A DNA stretch of 13,636 bases from Bdellovibrionota bacterium FG-2 (GTDB lineage: Bacteria > Bdellovibrionota > UBA1018): assembly GCA_051382305.1 (NCBI GenBank), contig JBBCAV010000287.1, positions 1-13,636 of the forward strand, in the 5' to 3' direction. Position 1 is the first letter of the stretch. Every line of letters starts with the position of its first letter. Both the position numbers and the translations under genes were made by a program. Below are positions 1 through 7,694 of this stretch, piece after piece. The notes beneath the pieces are model-generated. The model worked only from the letters and a program-made list of their open reading frames with translations, was not told the DNA's origin and made no database searches.

Positions 1-28
1 CGATTTTTAGTCTTTTTCGTGCTACCAT
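1..28 (-). CDS. Probable 5' end of a gene running off the left edge (MVARKRLKI...)
   Basis: ATG at 28-26 is preceded by purine-rich GAGAGAGAAGAA and the frame is open to the window edge. Only 9 codons are visible, so no product can be assigned. Confidence 0.45.
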
Positions 29-83
29 TTCTTCTCTCTCTGAAATGAGAATAACACGACAATTTTCTACTGCTTTTTTCGCG

Positions 84-168
84 CTACAATGACCACAGTG
101 CCACGCAAAATAGATCCAAAGGTTTCCCACTAGCGGTCACCTCTCCGAAGGTCACAGCGGTCATGCAG
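84..168 (-). ncRNA. Candidate structured cis-regulatory RNA / 5' leader (no family recognised)
   Basis: Minus-strand CUGCAUGACCGCUGUG (168-153) pairs with CACUGUGGUCAUUGUAG (100-84): 15 pairs including two G-U, plus one U-U mismatch and one bulge. The enclosed region contains CUUCGG and GG-GAAA-CC tetraloop-like motifs. Confidence 0.3.
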
Positions 169-270
169 TTAGCTTGAAACCATATTTGCAACGTGGTTGC
201 GATTGAACATTTGAAAACAGAAAATTCACACAAAAACATGTCAACACTTTTTTTATTTTTATGAAAATAT

Positions 271-428
271 TTTAGACGGCTGGCCAATTACAATTTTTCA
301 AGCAGGTGAAAGTAACTCAAAACGGCAGAGCCATTGAATGGCCTGGCGAAATTGATTTTTGCGCAGACTCCCTTTGGCTAGAGGGAACTGGAGAAGCAAA
401 CCCCTTCATTGAAGACAAAGCTTCTTAG
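271..428 (+). pseudogene. 5'-truncated, frameshifted DUF2442-family (antitoxin-type) gene remnant
   Basis: Manual translation: 271-297 gives FRRLANYNF. After a frame change in the T5 run (294-298), 297-428 gives FKQVKVTQNGRAIEWPGEIDFCADSLWLEGTGEANPFIEDKAS*. This fits the DUF2442 C-terminal pattern F..L.d..fF.qV.v..g..ieWP..iD.c.D.L. No N-terminal half or usable start is present. Confidence 0.7.
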
Positions 429-462
429 ACTTCTAAGACCCGCTGGCTCTTAAAAGCCAGCG
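423..462. other. Two adjacent inverted repeats at the convergent junction of the DUF2442 relic and the mutase gene
   Basis: TCTTAGA-ct-TCTAAGA (423-438) covers the relic stop codon. CGCTGGCT-cttaaa-AGCCAGCG (441-462) holds the mutase stop in its loop. There is no U-tract, so this is not a clear intrinsic terminator. Confidence 0.5.
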
Positions 463-2054
463 TACTCCCGATACTCCCCAAACGCCCCGCGAAGCACATC
501 TGAAATTTCGCCCAAAGTCGCGCCCGCCTTCACCGAGGCCAAGATCAGTACTTGCAGATTTTGGTCGGCGCGCGCGCCGTCTTCAAGCGCCCGCAAAGCC
601 GACTTGCACGTCGCATCCGCGCGTTTCGCGCGATAGGCCCGCGTCTGCTTGACCGCCGCCTTTTCAACCTCAGGCGCGATTTTGAGAAGTTTCATCTTAA
701 CGGTCTGTGTTTCCGCTTCATCTTGAAAACAATTCACACCAACGACTTTAACTTCGCCTTGATCAATGCGCCTTTGATCGGCGTAGGCGGATGCTGAGAT
801 TTCATTTTGCACATAACCCGACTCAATGCACTTCACCATCCCACCGCGACGATCAATCTCTCCAATCATCGCCCAGGCGCGAGACTCAAGTTCGGTCGTT
901 AAATTCTCCACAAACCAACTGCCCCCCAAGGGATCTACGGTTTGCGTGACATTGGATTCTGATGCAATCAACTGCTGCGTGCGAAGGGCCAGCCGGGCCG
1001 TTTCTTCGGTAGGCAAGGCTAACGCCTCATCCATTGAATTCGTGTGAAGCGACTGGGTGCCGCCCAACACTGCGGCCAACGCTTGCAGCGTAACCCGCAC
1101 GACATTGTTTTGCGGTTGTTGCGCCGTCAAGGTGGATCCCGCCGTCTGCGTATGAAACCTCAACATGCAGCTCCTTGGATCTTTTGCGCCAAAACGCTCC
1201 TTCATGATCCGAGTCCAAAGGCGGCGGGCCGCGCGAAATTTCGCGACCTCTTCAAAAAAATCGTTGTGGACGTTAAAAAAGAACGACAGCTGCCCGGCAA
1301 ACTCATCCACACCCAGGCCGCGCTTCACGGTCGCATCAGTATAAGCAATGGCGTTGGCAAAAGTAAAAGCCAGCTCCTGAACCGCGGTCGAACCCGCCTC
1401 ACGAATATGATAGCCCGAGATACTGATCGGGTTCCACTTCGGGACATTTTGCGTGCACCACGAAAACATATCGGTCGTCAGTCGAATCGCCCCTTCGGGC
1501 GGATAAATATAGTTTCCGCGCGCGACATATTCTTTGAGTACGTCATTTTGAACTGTGCCCCGCAACTCGCTCACCTTCACGCCGTTTTCTTCGGCCACGG
1601 CGACATAGAAGGCCAGCAAAACACTCGCCGTCGCGTTGATCGTCATGGAAGTCGAAACTTTTCCAAGATCGATTCCCCGAAAAAGCGTACGCATGTCATC
1701 CATGGTCGCAACCGACACGCCGACTTTTCCAACTTCACCCTTAGAACGAGAATGATCCGGATCAAGACCAAGCTGTGTCGGAAGATCAAAAGCAACCGAC
1801 AGTCCCATCGTTCCCTGCGACAAGAGGTAGTGATAACGTTTATTGGACTCTTCGGCCGTGGCAAAGCCCGCATACTGCCGCATCGTCCAAAGACGCCCCC
1901 GATACATGTCTTTTTGGACCCCGCGCGTGAACGGCGCTTGTCCTGGCTCGCCCAGGCTTTGCGCACTGACCCCAGGCGCGTCGGTTTCGCGGTAAACAGA
2001 TTTTACGGGAATACCGGATCGAGTTACAAATTCTTTTTTTGGAACTTCAGCCAT
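450..2054 (-). CDS. Methylmalonyl-CoA mutase, N-terminal substrate-binding (large) subunit of a split enzyme
   Basis: 534 aa. Motifs: [81 protein letters not shown]. No DxHxxG cobalamin-binding domain. RBS AAGGAG at 2066-2061. Confidence 0.95.
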   Translation of the reverse strand: MAEVPKKEFVTRSGIPVKSVYRETDAPGVSAQSLGEPGQAPFTRGVQKDMYRGRLWTMRQYAGFATAEESNKRYHYLLSQGTMGLSVAFDLPTQLGLDPDHSRSKGEVGKVGVSVATMDDMRTLFRGIDLGKVSTSMTINATASVLLAFYVAVAEENGVKVSELRGTVQNDVLKEYVARGNYIYPPEGAIRLTTDMFSWCTQNVPKWNPISISGYHIREAGSTAVQELAFTFANAIAYTDATVKRGLGVDEFAGQLSFFFNVHNDFFEEVAKFRAARRLWTRIMKERFGAKDPRSCMLRFHTQTAGSTLTAQQPQNNVVRVTLQALAAVLGGTQSLHTNSMDEALALPTEETARLALRTQQLIASESNVTQTVDPLGGSWFVENLTTELESRAWAMIGEIDRRGGMVKCIESGYVQNEISASAYADQRRIDQGEVKVVGVNCFQDEAETQTVKMKLLKIAPEVEKAAVKQTRAYRAKRADATCKSALRALEDGARADQNLQVLILASVKAGATLGEISDVLRGAFGEYREYAGF

Positions 2055-2075
2055 GACTTGCTCCTTGAAACTTTT

Positions 2076-2618
2076 TCAGGCGGGCTCAATCCAAAAAAGA
2101 TCAGCCCCACTCTCAACCGCTTGGCCTTCTTTGACCGCAAGCTTTGAAACTTTTCCAGTGGCAGGAGCGCGAATTTCGTTCTCCATTTTCATGGCTTCCA
2201 TGACGGCCACGGACTGCCCCTTTTCAACGCTCTCGCCGTCTTTCACCGACACCCGAATCATTTTACCCGGCATTTGCGCGCGAACGCGAACCCCTTTCTT
2301 GTTGCCCTTTTGAGCGCCCCTTACGTCAGCTTGCGTGCCTCGCGTAAAAATCAAACCCTCGGCGCAATAAGAGCTCCCGCGCTGAGAAACCGAGAAACTC
2401 TTCACGCCCTCATCATTCTGCTCGGCACTCAGATCAAAACCGACGACCCCCCAGGGAAGTTCAAGCCACAGGCCTTGCTCATCTCGCCGCCAGGAAACAG
2501 AGATTTGTTGCGTGTCACCCGCATGAGCTATTTTGAGATGAGCCATCCCGTTTAAGCCCCGCGGAATCGACAACCACTCAATTTCGTAGCTGCCAACGCG
2601 GCCCTTAACGCCGCTCAT
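2076..2618 (-). CDS. Biotin carboxyl carrier protein of an acyl-CoA (propionyl-CoA) carboxylase, with an N-terminal BT-like beta region
   Basis: 180 aa. C-terminal biotinyl domain: RAQMPGKMIRVSVKDGESVEKGQ...EAMKMENEIRAP. ATGA overlap with the upstream gene (2615-2618). Confidence 0.93.
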   Translation of the reverse strand: MSGVKGRVGSYEIEWLSIPRGLNGMAHLKIAHAGDTQQISVSWRRDEQGLWLELPWGVVGFDLSAEQNDEGVKSFSVSQRGSSYCAEGLIFTRGTQADVRGAQKGNKKGVRVRAQMPGKMIRVSVKDGESVEKGQSVAVMEAMKMENEIRAPATGKVSKLAVKEGQAVESGADLFWIEPA

Positions 2619-4171
2619 GAGCGCACCCCCTCGCGAAGCGCCGCAAGGTTCCAGGGATCTGATGCATCTCTCTCACCCCCAACCGCCGCTTGCGTTTCAG
2701 AATCCAAGAGCATCTGAAAAAGTGCCACGGCAATGGCCGCCTCACGCGTGGCTTGCGTATGTTCTGGCTCCGTAAGCTCCGGACTTCTTGCAATGAGATC
2801 CGTCGCCGTATCGCCACTCAAAACACTAGGGTGCCTGCAAAGTTTTCGCAAGAAAGTGAGATTGGTTTTCAACGACCCCACACTCTCGCCACCCGCCTTA
2901 CGTGGCCGCGCGACTCTCACTTCATCTAAAGCGGTAGACAGACGCGCTATGGCCGCAGCCCGATCCGGCGCCCAGGCCGATACCTTGGCAATCATCGGAT
3001 CATAATGCACACTCACTTCACCCTGACGCGTAAAAGCGGCATCGGATCTTACAAAAGCGCCTGACGGAAACTCAATAAGGCCCACCGGTCCCGGGGCAGG
3101 CAAAAAGTGGTGGGAATCTTCGGCATAAAGTCGCACTTCAATCGCCCTCCCCTTTCGGGCTGGAATCTCAGGCCATTTAAGCTCGCCGCATGCAAGCAGC
3201 AGCTGCCAAGCGACAAGATCTACCCCCGTCACCCATTCGGTTACGGGATGCTCGACCTGCAAGCGAGTGTTCATTTCGAGAAAATAAAACTTCCCCTCTT
3301 CGTCGGCGATAAACTCCAACGTGCCCGCGCCCGCATACTTCACATGCGCGGTAATCTTGAGTGCCGCTTCAAACATGAAATCTCGCGCCTTCGGGAACCG
3401 CTCCATGAGTGGCGAAGGCGTTTCTTCCCATACTTTTTGATGGCGCCGCTGAATCGAACATTCGCGCTCGCCCAAATGAATCGCCTTACCCTGGCCATCG
3501 CCAAAAACTTGAATCTCAACGTGATGGGGTTTCAAAATCAACTTTTCAACATACAAAGACCCATCACCAAAGGCACCCAACGATTCACGGGTTGCGCCTT
3601 CAAAAGCTGCGTCTAATTCGCGGGCCGAATCCACCCGCCTCATCCCTTTGCCCCCGCCACCGGCTGCAGCTTTAAGAAGAATCGGGAAGCCCACTTTTTC
3701 GGCAAAAATCAAAGCGTCTTTCGCGGTGGCAACCGGCCCCGGACTCCCAGGCACGCGAGGCACACCCAAACGATCCACTGTCTCGCGCGCCCTAATCTTA
3801 TCGCCCATCAAACGCATGCTTTCGGCGGTGGGGCCGACAAAAACGAGTCCCGCTTTTTCGCAGGCTTCAACAAAATGCGCGCGTTCGCTCAAAAACCCAT
3901 ATCCAGGGTGAACATAGCGCGCGCCGCCCTTTTTCGCAGCCGCAAGCACCTTCTCCACATCGAGATAACTCTCGCGTGGCGCTGCCTCACCTATCCAATA
4001 AGCTTGGTCACACGCTCTGACATGCTCCGAGAAACGATCCGCTTCAGAATAGATCGCAATCGTCGGAAAGCCCAACGCCCGACACGTGCGGGCGATTCGA
4101 ATGGCGATTTCACCGCGGTTGGCAATCAAAACGGGTTCGCGCTTTGGCGCAGCATCCTTCGAAATCTTCAT
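2615..4171 (-). CDS. Biotin carboxylase subunit of an acetyl/propionyl-CoA carboxylase (PccA/AccC family, no fused BCCP)
   Basis: 518 aa. Motifs: [72 protein letters not shown] overlaps on both sides. Confidence 0.95.
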   Translation of the reverse strand: MKISKDAAPKREPVLIANRGEIAIRIARTCRALGFPTIAIYSEADRFSEHVRACDQAYWIGEAAPRESYLDVEKVLAAAKKGGARYVHPGYGFLSERAHFVEACEKAGLVFVGPTAESMRLMGDKIRARETVDRLGVPRVPGSPGPVATAKDALIFAEKVGFPILLKAAAGGGGKGMRRVDSARELDAAFEGATRESLGAFGDGSLYVEKLILKPHHVEIQVFGDGQGKAIHLGERECSIQRRHQKVWEETPSPLMERFPKARDFMFEAALKITAHVKYAGAGTLEFIADEEGKFYFLEMNTRLQVEHPVTEWVTGVDLVAWQLLLACGELKWPEIPARKGRAIEVRLYAEDSHHFLPAPGPVGLIEFPSGAFVRSDAAFTRQGEVSVHYDPMIAKVSAWAPDRAAAIARLSTALDEVRVARPRKAGGESVGSLKTNLTFLRKLCRHPSVLSGDTATDLIARSPELTEPEHTQATREAAIAVALFQMLLDSETQAAVGGERDASDPWNLAALREGVRS

Positions 4172-5730
4172 AGTGGAATGTTCCCGTGCTTGCGTGCCGG
4201 TCCCCGTTCACGCTTGCCCGAAAGCACGCCCAGGGAGCGAATCAACACGCGCCGAGTTTCTTCAGGCACAAGCACTTCATCCACATAGCCCAGTTCGGCA
4301 GCCTTATAGGGATTCGCAAACGTCGCGCGATACTGCTCAACCAATCGCGCCCGCTCCTCGCTGAGCCGTCCGGCTTTTTCGGCTGCCGCAATCTCTTTGC
4401 GATACAAAATATTGATCGCCCCTTCGGGCCCCATCACGGCAATTTCTGCAGTCGGATATGCGAAATTAAAATCCGCCCGAATATGTTTTGACGACATCAC
4501 ATCATAAGCGCCGCCATAAGCTTTGCGCGTGATCACCGCAATCTTTGGCACCGTCGCTTCGGCAAAAGCGTAAAGCAACTTTGCGCCGTGCTTGATGATA
4601 CCGCCGTGCTCTTGCTTTGTTCCGGGTAAAAACCCAGGGACATCGACGAATGTAATAAGCGGAATATTGAAAGCATCACAAAACCGCACAAAACGCGCGC
4701 CCTTTAGGGAGGCCGCGATATCCAGACAACCCGCCAGATAAGCGGGTTGATTGCCGACGATTCCGACGACTTTTCCGCCCAGACGGGCAAAGCCTACGAT
4801 CATATTTTGAGCGTAACCTTTGTGCACCTCAAAAAACTCACCTTCATCCACCACGTCCTCGACCAGAAGGCGCATGTCATAGGGCTTATTGGGAGAGTCG
4901 GGCAGAATTCCTGCGATTTTAAGGCAAGGGCGATCGACGTGAATGTCGCCCGTTGTTGATGCCACGGTGGGCGAGAGATTATTCGAGGGAAGGTACGAAA
5001 CTAATTTCCGCACGCCCTGCAAACATGCCCGCTCATCGCTCATCGAAAAATGCGCGACACCGCTTTTTTCAGAATGCGCTTCGGCGCCTCCTAAGGCCTC
5101 TTTGGTCACATCTTCATGCGTGACCGTTTTGATCACGTCTGGACCGGTGACAAACATGTAGGAGGTGTTCTCGACCATGAAAATAAAATCCGTGATGGCA
5201 GGGCTATAAACGGCCCCCCCCGCACACGGTCCCATGACCACACTGATTTGCGGAACCACGCCACTGGCTTGAACATTGCGCCAAAAAATTTCGGCGTAGC
5301 CCCCTAAACTTTCGACGCCTTCTTGAATGCGCGCGCCCCCTGAGTCATTCAACCCAATAACGGGGCAGCCGTTCTTAACGGCGAGATCCATGACCTTACA
5401 AATTTTGGCCGCATGCGCGCCCGAAAGGCTCCCCCCAAAAACAGTGAAATCTTGAGAGAAAACATAAACCGTTCGTCCGCCCACGGTGCCGTAACCCGTG
5501 ACGACGCCGTCGCCCGGGAAACGCTGCGAATCCATTCCGAAGTCCGTGCAACGATGAACGACGTACTTATCAAGTTCAATGAAACTTCCAGGATCCAGCA
5601 ACACGTCCAAACGCTCCCGCGCGGTCAGCTTCCCGCTTTGGTGTTGTTTGGCGATTCGCTCAACCCCGCCCCCCTCTTGCGCACGCTTTTCACGCTCTGC
5701 AAGCTCCCTTAACTGATCGACATAAGCCAT
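4168..5730 (-). CDS. pccB: Propionyl-CoA carboxylase beta (carboxyltransferase) subunit
   Basis: 520 aa. Motifs: [73 protein letters not shown], and the C-terminus RKHGNIPL. Shares an operon with the mutase. Confidence 0.93.
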   Translation of the reverse strand: MAYVDQLRELAEREKRAQEGGGVERIAKQHQSGKLTARERLDVLLDPGSFIELDKYVVHRCTDFGMDSQRFPGDGVVTGYGTVGGRTVYVFSQDFTVFGGSLSGAHAAKICKVMDLAVKNGCPVIGLNDSGGARIQEGVESLGGYAEIFWRNVQASGVVPQISVVMGPCAGGAVYSPAITDFIFMVENTSYMFVTGPDVIKTVTHEDVTKEALGGAEAHSEKSGVAHFSMSDERACLQGVRKLVSYLPSNNLSPTVASTTGDIHVDRPCLKIAGILPDSPNKPYDMRLLVEDVVDEGEFFEVHKGYAQNMIVGFARLGGKVVGIVGNQPAYLAGCLDIAASLKGARFVRFCDAFNIPLITFVDVPGFLPGTKQEHGGIIKHGAKLLYAFAEATVPKIAVITRKAYGGAYDVMSSKHIRADFNFAYPTAEIAVMGPEGAINILYRKEIAAAEKAGRLSEERARLVEQYRATFANPYKAAELGYVDEVLVPEETRRVLIRSLGVLSGKRERGPARKHGNIPL

Positions 5731-5795
5731 TCGTCTTTAATTACACAGGAAAAGTCCTTCGCCCACTGAATTCGTGCAAATCCTGCACCTCGTCA

Positions 5796-5824
5796 TTTAC
5801 AGGACCCTCTTGGGGCTGTACCAT
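5796..5824 (+). promoter_or_regulatory. Possible sigma-70 promoter for 5834..6481
   Basis: TTTACA (5796-5801), 17 bp, TACCAT (5819-5824), ending 9 nt before the ATG. Confidence 0.35.
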
Positions 5825-5833
5825 TGAGGGGCC

Positions 5834-6481
5834 ATGGTGGGCTTTGCTAAGTTTCTCTTCATAATATGCGGCATTGCGGGCGTTTTCTTTGCAGCGGTGC
5901 CATCTGCGCGGGCCACCATGATTTACGACGAAGTCTCAGGCGGCGCTGGAGTAATCATGAAAGGTGACCCCTATTTTGTAGGCGCACCCACAAAAACCGG
6001 GTTAGGAGCGGGGGCGTCTTTTAGTATTTTTCACACCCTTTCCAATGGGGCCCTGCTTGAGGGGCAAGTGGGACTTGTTGGGCGTTTTGTATCGGCTTCG
6101 GGACCCGACTCACCTTACACGCTTTTTGCCCCCTATCCTACCTTTCGCGTTCAGTTCACGCGCATGTATGTCGGGGTTGGTTTTTCACCCTTTGTCTTTT
6201 CGGGAACCTCCCTGCTTTCACTCTCAAGCTCCAGTGGCGGATTAGGCTTTATGGGCGAAGGAGGAATCCTCTGGCCGATCACGCCCAAATTTTCGTTAGG
6301 CTTCTGCGCAGGCGCGCAATTCATTAGTTTCAGTGGCGGAATGAGTCCTGCCCCTGCTATTGACGCAGGGGTCTTGATGCGATTCTATCTCAGTGCCTCA
6401 AAAGATCATGGGCGCCACTCAAATGCGAACGAGAATTTCCATGGCTGGCGCTATCCCATGGGCAATCCGTTAAACGATTAG
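5834..6481 (+). CDS. Exported hypothetical protein, probable small outer-membrane beta-barrel
   Basis: 215 aa. Sec-type signal peptide ending ..SARA|T. Gly/aromatic-rich amphipathic strands (MYVGVGFSPF, LGFMGEGGILWPI, FSLGFCAGAQF, DAGVLMRFYL). GAGG lies upstream of the ATG. Confidence 0.7.
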   Translation: MVGFAKFLFIICGIAGVFFAAVPSARATMIYDEVSGGAGVIMKGDPYFVGAPTKTGLGAGASFSIFHTLSNGALLEGQVGLVGRFVSASGPDSPYTLFAPYPTFRVQFTRMYVGVGFSPFVFSGTSLLSLSSSSGGLGFMGEGGILWPITPKFSLGFCAGAQFISFSGGMSPAPAIDAGVLMRFYLSASKDHGRHSNANENFHGWRYPMGNPLND

Positions 6482-6557
6482 ATAGGTGCAGCGCGTTAAG
6501 AACCGCATACCTTAGGAAGCAGTTCATATTCTCGCAAACTTTTCGACCACTTACAAA

Positions 6558-6590
6558 AGATTATTATGTTAATTTACATGTAAATAATCT
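6558..6590. repeat. AT-rich nested inverted repeats upstream of the mystery-protein operon
   Basis: Perfect 14-bp palindrome ATTTACATGTAAAT (6572-6585). Arms AGATTATT (6558-6565) and AATAATCT (6583-6590). Confidence 0.65.
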
Positions 6591-6619
6591 GTATTTTTGT
6601 CTGATATTACATAAATAAT

Positions 6620-6654
6620 TTGACAACAGTTGTGTACTTATACATACTTTAAGC
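6620..6654 (+). promoter_or_regulatory. Sigma-70 promoter of the mystery A/B operon, predicted leaderless, with an operator-like palindrome
   Basis: TTGACA (6620-6625), 17 bp, CATACT (6643-6648), 6 bp, ATG at 6655. No SD sequence. An imperfect palindrome TGTGTA-CTTA-TACATA (6631-6646) overlaps the spacer and -10. Confidence 0.75.
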
Positions 6655-7101
6655 ATGATAAAAGCAGACCCACTAGCCATCTCCCAGGTAAATCGCCGCC
6701 TGAGATCTATACGTAAAATCATCCCTGACACTAGAATTCGTTCGGGCTGGATTCGCTACCTGCGCCAATCCTTAAACATGACACTCAAGCAGCTTGCCGA
6801 CCGCGCTGGCCTCTCCACTCCAACCGTCGCTCAGGCTGAACGTGGAGAAGCAGCAGGCAAGATCACGATTAGTACGCTAAAGACAATGGCGCAGGCGATG
6901 GAATGTGAATTCATCTACGCCTTTATTCCAAAAACAGACATCGACGATTTAATGAAAGAAGCGGCGCGCAAAAAAGCACGTCAACTTCTAACAAAAGCAG
7001 ACACCCACATGACTCTGGAAGATCAACGGGTAAAACAAAGTATCGAAGAGCGAATCAATCAATTAGCCGACAAACTTTTCCAAAAAGGTGATGTATGGTA
7101 G
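6655..7101 (+). CDS. Mobile mystery protein A (XRE-type HTH, TIGR02612-like)
   Basis: 148 aa. GWIRYLRQSLNMTLKQLADRAGLSTPTVAQAERGE..G.ITI.TL...A.AM.CE..YAFIP, the C-terminal HMTLEDQ and a terminal W match this family as I know it. It lies directly upstream of a Fic gene. Confidence 0.88.
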   Translation: MIKADPLAISQVNRRLRSIRKIIPDTRIRSGWIRYLRQSLNMTLKQLADRAGLSTPTVAQAERGEAAGKITISTLKTMAQAMECEFIYAFIPKTDIDDLMKEAARKKARQLLTKADTHMTLEDQRVKQSIEERINQLADKLFQKGDVW

Positions 7102-7694
7102 GCGGTTTTCTCTTTAAGGACAGGGAGGGACAAACACCCCTTCCCCCAGAGTTTCAAAAAGACCTAAAACCAAAGCACATGCAGACGATGGGCGAACTGG
7201 ATGAATACGAAGAGCAAAATATTGCTGAAGGATTGGCGTGGCTAAAGAATCAGCAGGAAGCCGGCACAACCTATGATTTCTGGCTAAAGCTCCACAAAAA
7301 ACTATTTGTCGACGTGTGGACATGGGCAGGCAAAGTCAGAATTCACGAACTCCACAACCTTGACTTTCATCCACCCCATCAAATTTGGACCGCCCTCCGA
7401 CAACTCGAAGGTGACCTCGCCTTTTGGGTGAACGAAAAATCGTTTTCAGAAAGAGAAATCACCGCCCGCTTTCACGAAAGAATTGAGACGATTCATCCCT
7501 TCGCAAATGGGAATGGACGATTCGGGCGAATTCTCGTTGAGCACTTCTGTACCAGAAAAGGGTGGAAAACTCCCACTTGGGGAAACGCACTGAGGGATAA
7601 GCCAAAAGTGCGAAGAAGTACCTATATTGCCGCATTGGATTGCGCTCGTCGTAAATTGGACTACGAACAGCTAGTGGAATTCATGTTCTCTTAA
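7095..7694 (+). CDS. Mobile mystery protein B (Fic/Fido domain, TIGR02613-like)
   Basis: 199 aa. N-terminal GQTPL...L.P....T..ELD..E..NI, then LHKKLF.DVWTWAG..R, and the Fic motif HPFANGNGRFGR (7494-7529). Overlaps gene A by 7 nt, with AAGGTG upstream. Confidence 0.9.
   Translation: MVGGFLFKDREGQTPLPPEFQKDLKPKHMQTMGELDEYEEQNIAEGLAWLKNQQEAGTTYDFWLKLHKKLFVDVWTWAGKVRIHELHNLDFHPPHQIWTALRQLEGDLAFWVNEKSFSEREITARFHERIETIHPFANGNGRFGRILVEHFCTRKGWKTPTWGNALRDKPKVRRSTYIAALDCARRKLDYEQLVEFMFS

Noticed and set aside
216-244. Minus-strand TTGACA (244-239) as the promoter of the edge gene
   Set aside because: No acceptable -10 hexamer occurs at 16-18 bp spacing (TCTGTT at 17), so it was left uncalled.
84-287. 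67-aa minus-strand ORF
   Set aside because: It has no RBS or family resemblance, crosses an AT-rich tract, and overlaps the DUF2442 relic.
60-449. Cobalamin riboswitch, suggested by the neighbouring B12-dependent mutase
   Set aside because: There is no B12-box or GGGAA..GGUG.AA.UCC core, and the region lies downstream of the mutase rather than upstream.
1044-2147. 367-aa plus-strand ORF
   Set aside because: It is an antisense shadow of the well-supported mutase gene and has no recognisable motifs. The same applies to the other short ORFs nested in or opposite the large genes.
6496-6506. TTAAGAACCGC versus TTAAGCCGC at 7691 as a target-site duplication flanking the mystery cassette
   Set aside because: The match is short and needs a gap, so it cannot be distinguished from chance without an empty-site comparison.
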